Shown in pieces: positions 59,201 to 64,000 of a stretch of 64,000 bases of DNA. Under the pieces are notes generated by a model. It had not been told where the DNA came from. It saw nothing but the letters and a program-made list of their open reading frames with translations, and did no database searches. The position numbers and the translations under genes were made by a program. Source of the DNA: Minisyncoccota bacterium (GTDB taxonomy: Bacteria > Patescibacteriota > Minisyncoccia > Phycocordibacterales > PALSA-1337); the NCBI GenBank assembly GCA_041666915.1, contig JBAYFZ010000003.1, positions 22,394 through 86,393 on the forward strand. Reading direction: 5' to 3'. Numbering within the stretch: position 1 is the first letter of the stretch; each line of letters starts with the position of its first letter.

Positions 59201-62200
59201 AGGGAGTCTATATATATCAGGTGGTGCTGGAGGTACAGGTTCTACTGCAAATGGTACTGCTGGTAATCTTTATCTCGGTTATGATTCTTCAAGCGCTCTT
59301 GGTAATGTTTATTTCGGCAATCAGGGTGCCTCGTACATTACAAGTACAGGGAATTTTGGAGTTGGTACCACTTCTCCTTTCAGTAAACTTTCAGTTTCTA
59401 CTTCTGCTCAACAGGATGGATCAACGCCACTCTTTACAGTAGCTTCTACTACAAGTGCTTCGTTATTTACAGTTTTGGGAAATGGGAATGTTGGGATTGG
59501 GACAAATAATCCAACAAAGCTTTTTATTGTCGCGTCTGGAGCAAACACAGTTATGAGTATGAATTCTTCGGGTCTATTGAATATAGCAACTTATCTTCAA
59601 CTTAATGGTGGAACCGCTGTTTCTTATAGTGGTACACAGTTACAGTTGGGTACTGGTTTTACTACGCAATATTTACCAGGCAACGTCGGCATCGGCACCA
59701 CCACTCCATTAGCCAAACTTAACATCTACGGCGACGTGGTTTTCCAGACTCCAACCAATTCAGCCACGGCTTTCCAGATACTGAACGCGGCTACCAGCTC
59801 GGTCTTCTCTGTAGCTACCACCGGCTTTGGCACTACTACTTTGGCTGGTCTAAATATCTCCGGTTCAGCTACTTCTACTTCTAACGTAGGTTGGAATATT
59901 ACATCCGGTTGTTTTGCCATTAACGGCGTCTGCGTAGGAGGTGGTGCAGGCGCAGGTGATGGTACAGCAAGTTCTACTCTTTTGTCTGATAATAATACTT
60001 GGACAGGTTCTAATATATTCAATAGTAATGTTGGAATTGGTACCACCTCACCATTCTCAACTCTTTCTGTTTCTACTTCTGCACAACAAAATGGAGCATC
60101 ACCACTCTTTACAGTAGCTTCTACGACTGGTGCGACGTTATTAACTGTTTTGGGAAATGGGTATGTTGGAATTGGTAAATCTAATCCAACGGTTGCTTTG
60201 GATGTGACAGGGGGAATATCTGCTAGTGGAAATATTGCTGCTGGTGGAGCCTTATATGCGGGTGGTGTTTACGGCTTGATATGGAATGGTCGTAGTAGTA
60301 TTTATTCAACTGCTGATGGTCAATTTTCTTTCTATAATAACGCTGGAACATCTTTTTCAAGAATTAATCTTGGAGGAACCACTTCAGCTTTTCCTGCAAT
60401 TGGGGCTTCTGGATCTAATCTTATAGTCCAGTCTGCTGATGGAACACTTGGCACTAATTTAGGAGTAGGCACCTCCTCCCCATACTCCAAACTCTCCGTC
60501 TGGGGTTCTTCAACAGGAACAAACAGAATGTTTGAGCTAACCAACAGTGCCTCAACAACACTTATGAGTATGTTGGAAAATGGTACAGGCTATTTCTTGG
60601 GTAATGTTGGAATTGGTACAACTTCTCCTTATGCAAAACTTTCAGTAGTTGGTCCAGTAGTGGCTGAATACTTCCATGCAACTTCTACAACAGCAACCTC
60701 AACATTTGCTGGTGGTTTTGATGTAGGTAGTGGTGGACTTACTTACGAACAGGGTTCAGGTATTACTTATATCAGTTCTCTACAGACTTCTAATTTCAAT
60801 TTTGAAACAAATGCAGGTATGGTCTCATGGGTAGATCTTCCTACAGATTCCAATGCTCCAAGCGGTACAGTCCAGAGTTATTCAGCAGGTCTAAACGGAA
60901 GTTCAACACTTACTATATATGGTATATCAGATGGTGCTGGTAATCTTCAATCTGATTGGCCGAGAGTATCTATCGGAGGTACATCTGCAGGTACGACTAC
61001 ACCTAGTTCAAAATTGACAGTTTTTGGTAATGGTACTGGAACAGGAGGAATATTTGAGCTTGTAGATAGTGCCTCAACAACACTTATGAAAGTTTTGAAT
61101 AATGGAAGTGTCGGTATCGGCACAACCTCTCCAGGTACTCTTCTTTCTCTCGGAAACACTGGAAACAATACAATCAACATCTCAGCTACTGCCACTTCAA
61201 CCTTTGGCACAGGAATAAACCTAAGAACAGGATGTTTTGCTGTTAATGATGTTTGTATAGGTGGCGGTGGTGGTGCAGGCGACGGCACATCAAGTTCTAC
61301 TCTACTATCTGATTACAACACATGGACAGGTTTGAATGTCTTCGGATATGCAAGTACCACACAGATCAGTTCAACTGGAAATGCTTACTTTGCTACAACA
61401 GGTGGAAAGGTAGGAGTTGGAACAACTTCACCATTCTCAACTCTTTCAGTTTCTACTTCTGCACAACAAGATGGAGCATTACCACTCTTTACAGTGGCTT
61501 CTACTACTGGAGCTTCGTTACTTACAGTTTTGGGAAATGGGTATGTTGGTATCGGAACAGCAAGCCCAACAAATGTTCTTGATGTCAGTGGAACATTCAA
61601 ATCTAGTGGCCAATCAATAGTCGCTGACGCCTTCCGTTTCTATACAGGCAACAGTGATGCTGGTACCTCATACAGTGATTTTAGAACAAATCCTGCAACC
61701 GGTAATGCAATACTTAGCGCAAAGTCTGGAGCTGTCTATTTCAACTACGATCACGGCAATCAAGGAGTCATCTTTTCAAACGGATCTCAAGCTACGGTAG
61801 CTACTATAAATAGTACTGGACACGCAGTGTTCTATGGTACGGGTGATAACTCATTTGCAGGAGAATTGGGCGTTGGTACAACCACTCCATATTCCAGACT
61901 TTCAGTTTGGGGGGCTTCAACAGGAACAAATAGGATGTTTGAATTAACAAACAGTGCTTCAACAACACTCATGAGTGTATTGGAAAATGGTACAGGTTAT
62001 TTCTCAGGAAATATTGGAATAGGAACAACCACCCCAGGTTCTATCCTTTCTTTGGGTGATACTGGCAGTAACACCATCAACATCTCAGCCACAGCCACTT
62101 CAACATTTGGCACAGGTATAAACCTAAGAACAGGATGTTTTGCTGTTAATGATGTTTGTATAGGTGGCGGTGGTGGTGCAGGCGACGGCACATCAAGTTC

Positions 62201-64000
62201 TACTCTATTATCTGATTACAATACATGGACAGGCTTGAATGTCTTCGGATATGCAAGTACCACACAGATCAGTTCAACAGGAAATGCTTACTTTGCTACA
62301 ACTGGTGGCAATGTCGGTATCGGTAGCACTTCACCATTTGCAAAACTTTCTATTCACGCCGGAGCAACTGATACTTATAACTCCACCTTGTTTGCAATCG
62401 CTTCTTCTACCAGTGCTTATGCCACAACCACTCTCTTTAGTGTCTTAGCAAACGGCAGTATAAGCATGGGTACTTCTACAGCAACGACTACTATCGCTGG
62501 TGGATTTAATGTTGGAAATGGTGGTCTTATCTACGAAGCTTACACAGGTATTACTTCAGCTTCTTCACTCCAAACAGGAAACTTCAATTTTGAAACAAAT
62601 GCCGGTGCTGTATCATGGGCAGAACTTGTCATAGATTCTGGCGCTCCTGCAAATACACCACAGAGTTATACTGCTCATTTGAATAGTGCGCCAATGCTTA
62701 CTATCGGAGGTCTTTCTGATGGTGGAGGTAATATTACAAATGCCGGAGTAGGTATCGGTACGACTTCTCCTTGGGGTAGTTTTGCAATCTCACCATTTAC
62801 AACCACATACCCAGCTTTCAATATTGGTACGACAACAGCAACATTCACTGGTTCATACTTTATGGTTAGCGGTACTGGAAATGTGGGAATTGCTACATCT
62901 TCACCATACGCAAAACTTTCTATCCAAGGAGCAACTTCTGGTACTACACCTTTGTTTGCAATTTCTACTTCAACCAATGCCTCACCATCTCTACAAATTG
63001 ATCAGAATGGACTTTTGACAATGAATACACCCGGAGCAACTTCTACTATCACTGGTAACTTACAGGTCATAGGCGGTTTCCGTGCAGACAATACCTATAC
63101 TGGTGATCTATTCTTCGCAAACAACTTCAGCTTCACTGAAGCACAACCTATCAATTCAACCACTACTCAGGCTTTGTATTTAAAGAGTCAAAAAGGCGAG
63201 AGAGTTTTGTCTATTGACGATCTAGGAAATGTAAATATTTCTGGAGACATTTGTTCAAATAATGTCACTTGTGTCAGTCAGTCATTGAGTAAATTGTCTG
63301 GAGATATGAGTTCTTTGGCTTCAAGTACAGCTGATATGCAAGCGGGTATTGATGGTCAGATCAAGACAACCTCTTCGTCAGTACAAAGTCTAGCCGACGC
63401 TATCGTAGCTTTGGATTTGAAAGTTGATGCAATATTAGCTTCAAGTACTTTGAATATGGAACTTCTCGTAGCTTCAACTAGCGCTACTGTTGCTTCAAAC
63501 TTGGCTTCAAGTACAGAATTTGTTACTGCTGTCTCTTCTTCAACAGCTTCTGTTTTGACTTCAAATCCTTCATTTGTTGCCGTTGTCGCAGAGGCGGTCA
63601 AAAATATTATTTCTTCAGCAGGTGATTGGGTCGTAGACAGATTTACGGCCAAGGTCGCTTATATCAATCGTGTTGAAGCAGGAACAGTCGCTATCTCCAA
63701 AGGTATGGAAATCGTAGATCAGGCTTCTGGTGCAGTATGGTGTGTAACTATCAAGAATGGTGATTGGAATAAGATTCAAGGTACATGTGCTAGTGTTCCT
63801 CTTCCAGAAGTTGCAACTTCAACAATACCAGTAGTTCCAGAGAATCCTGCGATAGTCACTCCAAATCCAGTAGTAATTCCAGTAGAACCTGTAGTTAATC
63901 CTATTCAAGCAAGTTCAACTCCTCCTGTTGTTGCAACGAGTACACCTCCAGTTTCTGAACCAATCCCAACTCCAGATCCAACACCATCTCCAATTACAGA
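50235..64000 (+). CDS. Giant repetitive fibrous surface protein (more than 4,580 aa in the window, 3' end beyond the window). It has a signal peptide, 2 FN3-like domains, an internal TM hairpin, seven FG-GAP repeats and many tail-fibre-like GNVGIGTTSP beta-helix repeats
   Basis: Frame 0 from the ATG at 50235 was read by hand up to about 57.4 kb with no stop; continuity to the window end is inferred from the recurring in-frame repeat blocks. N-terminal signal CFVIFTLIISFIVSPLSVFA. FN3-like LLATAVSDTQIDLSWTA...YSYTVEAFD. TM GILLLLLVIILVILAIALL, then a second hydrophobic segment ISIFVLVVTASFGIQQAFA. Seven FG-GAP repeats SAGDVNGDGYGDVIVGA...RGQAYIFYG (54.5-55.8 kb). More than 20 repeats of ...PFSKLSVST.AQQ.G.LPLFTVASTT.ASL.TVLGNGNVGIGT. 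Confidence 0.7.
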   Translation, partial: MNKNFIKNLGKNIIKVAPRCFVIFTLIISFIVSPLSVFAVQSTFTTSLTTTGVATTPPAIPSNLLATAVSDTQIDLSWTASVPTFYTVTGYRIFRDSVFLATTSSVVYSDTGLTPETAYSYTVEAFDSIIQLSGQSATSTATTTATPVVPPVTPPVTPPSSGGGSSGSSVINITDIKVVAGTNNANISFKTNVSAQTKVQWGFSNDFEIGSLQNIFYGKEHSQMINGLVEGLTYFVRITATNSQGISTYRDISFKTDLAVVELGPLPNPSNFLAQATDKNINLTWDNPIDERFNNVRIVRTEGFFPIDQFDGTPIYEGDGQSFVDKSAKIGTTYYYAIFAKGIDGEYSSGALAQARIAPAGEIVVSPTSTDPFINIPESTNVDPMIKKITLSDFEFIQEGKNLSVIGSTVAIKGGENLTIRLAYNKVPEILKTVAFTLQDPSDKTKVFPFLLRINADKTYYEATIGALGKSGRYGMSVVILDYENKGLKRLNGTLAALAFNAMPFDFGNNFDFLGILLLLLVIILVILAIALLRKWINYSPEHQTVDKPKTSGVTISRDVFNAISKISIFVLVVTASFGIQQAFATTFNPEINYQGKLTDSVGSNVANGSYSIRFKLYTTLSGGSPIWTETWCNTSTCDGLGTGADSRITLTSGLFSTMLGSTTALDGIDFNQPLYLGVEIGGSGATASWDGEMSPRKILGAVPSAFYSATSTVALSANSADTLSGLNSSQFLRSDIQNATSSSSTFFSVLQSGAGKIAEFFGSAAQSVFSILSNGNVGVGTTTPSSRFNVYGDVSFQTPSNSATAFQILNSATSSVFSVATTGFGTTTLAGLTISGSATSTSNVGWNISTGCFAVNGVCLSGADGTASSTLLSDTNTWTGLNVFGYASTTQISSTGNAYLATTGGNVGIGTTSPFAKFAINPIAGDGASFVIGSSTRTDFIVTNEGMIGVGSTSPSAIFSILGRNGKTQGTAETRIAPTALYVQGGTGGGGSSIPGGKGADIILIAGNGASSALGDGNGGSLTFTAGNGGATDGSGVGGNVTINPGLTGGGGNGKIVLADLRGNVGVGTTSPFSKLSVSTPAQQSGSLPLFTVASTTSASLLTVLGNGNVGIGTAVPTSVLDVNGNINATTMIAGTHLLVQNTGIYYDSVSNGAYSFANSGVDLALKTASVGTVMTIKDAGLVGIGTSTPYSKLSVWGSSTGTNRMFELTNSASTTLMSMLENGTGYFLGNIGIGTTTPGTILSLGNTGDSTINLSVTATSTFGTGINLRTGCFAVNGTCVGGADGTSSSTLLSDTNTWTGLNVFGYASTTQISSTGSAYFATTGGNVGVGTTSPFSKLSVSTSAQQSGTLPLFTVASTTSASLFTVLGNGNVGIGTSTVSEKLFVEGNIAPSMTNLYTAGSYTLNSAVASVANITASGIANSDLLGVSSASAGDVNGDGINDVIIGATAADGAGTDRGQAYIFFGSTTPRTTFAPASADVILSGSEDSGSFGTSVASAGDVNGDGYGDVIVGATNVAGGGSYRGQTYIFYGGPNFTGAIIASSANVIISGAADYDSNGQVVASAGDVNGDGYGDVIMTALSADDGGFDRGQAYIFYGKPNLASTYTTANADVIISGNTDGVQMGNSVASVGDVNGDGYGDVIIGAQSADVGGNNRGQAYIFYGKPNLASAYSASSANVIVTGMVDMGFMGISSASAGDVNGDGYSDFIIGASSAAGGGTSRGQAYVFYGKSNLASTYSASSANVTISGIANSDALGYSVASAGDVNGDGYGDIIVGAVGAAGGGTSRGQAYIFYGKSDLSSTYTASSADVAFSGIATSDAFGSSVTSAGDINNDGYSDVMVGAYGAAGGGTSRGQTYIFTPTGNRFKSIYAQSGSFTKGIQLGGGMSTLNAYGLSSLSQFSLNTADWSISKSGTSSMQSLIVSGNVGIGTTSPFSTLSVSTPVQQSGLLSLFTVASTTGASLFSVLGNGNIGIGTTTPGTLLSLGNTGNSTINISATATSTFGTGIDLRTGCFAINGVCLSGADGTASSTLLSDTNTWTGLNVFGYASTTQISSTGNAYFATTGGKVGVGTTSPFSTLSVSTPAQQSGSLPLLTVASTTGATLLTVLGNGNVGIGTMNPAYPLDVNGSVNAASYRTSNVISLILANSAINIGDTYGSTYPLVVNAGGSERMRVSTGGNVGIGTTSPYSKLSVWGASTGTNRMFELTNSASTTLMSMLENGTGYFLGNIGIGTTSPYAKLSVVGPVVAEYFYATSTTATSTFAGGLDVGNGGLVYEASTGITSASSFQMGNLSFDLNAGAVSWIDLPIDSSAPANTPQSYTANLNGLPMLTIGGLSDGAGNIINAGIGIGTTTSYSKLSVWGSSTGTNRMFELTNSASTTLMSMLENGTGYFLGNIGIGTTTPGTLLSLGNTGNSTINISATATSTFGTGINLRTGCFAVNGICVGGADGTASSTLLSDTNTWTGLNVFGYASSTQFTTTADTYLATLGGNVGIGTTSPVSKFSVDGTSSFSGYTIIGGTSLIDNSVPLNVIADGYFGTAGKIANFISNQDYGHVGIFKDDNSRGLFLGYGTGNLLAGNDNDAFIQIGAASSSRGYLHLVDGVGAGSDGQFGLMSPYVLIGASTANGSGSVLQVEGLSTLVGNVGVGTTSPLARLDVAGVLGSQADLFNVSSTTATDIVSSLFKVSANGNVTIGYLNGSLQAVNGVVSATSTLSIAYGGTGTSTSPTYGKLLMGDGTGKYDLVATSTLGILGASAIALGTPGQIPYYSANLQAVSATSSIFINQTNSFIGIGTTTPTSALSVFNASAPQFQLAYNTSNYMNVGVSSTGGVTMAVNGSLGGFAITNPQPTVVGSGTGTNAPLGFSVAGGIGGNSNDTNIGVGGIGGGLQLTAGVGGSAGLSTFSETGGAGGAVSMLAGAGGATASPSIDFMSRVAGNGGLMTLAGGAGGNASNGGLASSNTAGNGGAFTLKGGAGGNASGATTNNGGAGGSLYISGGAGGTGSTANGTAGNLYLGYDSSSALGNVYFGNQGASYITSTGNFGVGTTSPFSKLSVSTSAQQDGSTPLFTVASTTSASLFTVLGNGNVGIGTNNPTKLFIVASGANTVMSMNSSGLLNIATYLQLNGGTAVSYSGTQLQLGTGFTTQYLPGNVGIGTTTPLAKLNIYGDVVFQTPTNSATAFQILNAATSSVFSVATTGFGTTTLAGLNISGSATSTSNVGWNITSGCFAINGVCVGGGAGAGDGTASSTLLSDNNTWTGSNIFNSNVGIGTTSPFSTLSVSTSAQQNGASPLFTVASTTGATLLTVLGNGYVGIGKSNPTVALDVTGGISASGNIAAGGALYAGGVYGLIWNGRSSIYSTADGQFSFYNNAGTSFSRINLGGTTSAFPAIGASGSNLIVQSADGTLGTNLGVGTSSPYSKLSVWGSSTGTNRMFELTNSASTTLMSMLENGTGYFLGNVGIGTTSPYAKLSVVGPVVAEYFHATSTTATSTFAGGFDVGSGGLTYEQGSGITYISSLQTSNFNFETNAGMVSWVDLPTDSNAPSGTVQSYSAGLNGSSTLTIYGISDGAGNLQSDWPRVSIGGTSAGTTTPSSKLTVFGNGTGTGGIFELVDSASTTLMKVLNNGSVGIGTTSPGTLLSLGNTGNNTINISATATSTFGTGINLRTGCFAVNDVCIGGGGGAGDGTSSSTLLSDYNTWTGLNVFGYASTTQISSTGNAYFATTGGKVGVGTTSPFSTLSVSTSAQQDGALPLFTVASTTGASLLTVLGNGYVGIGTASPTNVLDVSGTFKSSGQSIVADAFRFYTGNSDAGTSYSDFRTNPATGNAILSAKSGAVYFNYDHGNQGVIFSNGSQATVATINSTGHAVFYGTGDNSFAGELGVGTTTPYSRLSVWGASTGTNRMFELTNSASTTLMSVLENGTGYFSGNIGIGTTTPGSILSLGDTGSNTINISATATSTFGTGINLRTGCFAVNDVCIGGGGGAGDGTSSSTLLSDYNTWTGLNVFGYASTTQISSTGNAYFATTGGNVGIGSTSPFAKLSIHAGATDTYNSTLFAIASSTSAYATTTLFSVLANGSISMGTSTATTTIAGGFNVGNGGLIYEAYTGITSASSLQTGNFNFETNAGAVSWAELVIDSGAPANTPQSYTAHLNSAPMLTIGGLSDGGGNITNAGVGIGTTSPWGSFAISPFTTTYPAFNIGTTTATFTGSYFMVSGTGNVGIATSSPYAKLSIQGATSGTTPLFAISTSTNASPSLQIDQNGLLTMNTPGATSTITGNLQVIGGFRADNTYTGDLFFANNFSFTEAQPINSTTTQALYLKSQKGERVLSIDDLGNVNISGDICSNNVTCVSQSLSKLSGDMSSLASSTADMQAGIDGQIKTTSSSVQSLADAIVALDLKVDAILASSTLNMELLVASTSATVASNLASSTEFVTAVSSSTASVLTSNPSFVAVVAEAVKNIISSAGDWVVDRFTAKVAYINRVEAGTVAISKGMEIVDQASGAVWCVTIKNGDWNKIQGTCASVPLPEVATSTIPVVPENPAIVTPNPVVIPVEPVVNPIQASSTPPVVATSTPPVSEPIPTPDPTPSPIT

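Noticed and set aside
52655-63652. Many minus-strand and off-frame ORFs inside 50-64 kb (e.g. 57194-57718, 58775-59185, 60947-61288, 62675-62977; repeated NILFVPVEEPQTESLEYG peptides)
   Set aside because: They are antisense or alternative-frame read-throughs of the giant plus-strand repeat gene. They recur only because the sense repeats recur. The continuous plus-strand frame-0 ORF with coherent domain repeats explains the region.
1-64000. CRISPR arrays, rRNA, tRNA
   Set aside because: No direct-repeat/spacer periodicity was seen. No tRNA-like T-loop or acceptor signatures (GGTTCGAATCC-type) and no rRNA-conserved stretches appear in any intergenic gap.

Overview
Low-GC bacterial window, probably from a small-genome Patescibacteria/CPR-like lineage; that lineage call is inference only. 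The window has four blocks. (1) 1-1827: the 3' part of a type IV secretion coupling ATPase (VirD4/TraD-like) with a long disordered Pro/Ser/Val/Asn-rich tail, cut by the window edge. (2) 1.8-35.4 kb: a very large surface-glycan biosynthesis locus of about 33 genes. It includes at least 12 glycosyltransferases (GT4, GT2, GT-C/GT39-like, two GT11 alpha-1,2-fucosyltransferase-like and one GT10-like), 9 methyltransferases (4 FkbM-type and 5 class I SAM), GtrA, an HddA-like GHMP sugar kinase, a GalE-like epimerase, a sugar-1-P nucleotidyltransferase fused to a GmhB-like phosphatase, a Wzm/Wzt ABC exporter with a Wzt C-terminal carbohydrate-binding domain, and an O-antigen-ligase-like protein with TPR repeats. 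(3) 35.4-45.5 kb: a housekeeping island (murB, secA, NUDIX, AI-2E transporter, obg, gatB) full of repeats. There is a GIY-YIG gene bounded by perfect 38-bp hairpin terminal inverted repeats, with a 26-nt copy of that repeat embedded in-frame in secA. There is a REP-associated tyrosine transposase (RAYT) with at least 8 copies of a 23-bp palindrome (TTCCGGAGGTGTAACCTCCGGAA), one of them inside the obg reading frame. (4) 45.5-64 kb: a cell-surface locus. It begins with a divergent small MerR/Xis-type HTH gene, an AT-rich 580-bp control region and an HTH-transmembrane protein. These are followed by two paralogous secreted beta-rich proteins flanking a C-terminally membrane-anchored DUF916/DUF3324-like protein, and a giant repetitive fibrous surface protein of more than 4,580 aa. 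That protein has FN3 domains, an internal transmembrane hairpin, a seven-repeat FG-GAP propeller and many near-identical tail-fibre-like 'GNVGIGTTSP' repeats, and it runs off the window end. No rRNA, tRNA or CRISPR was recognised.
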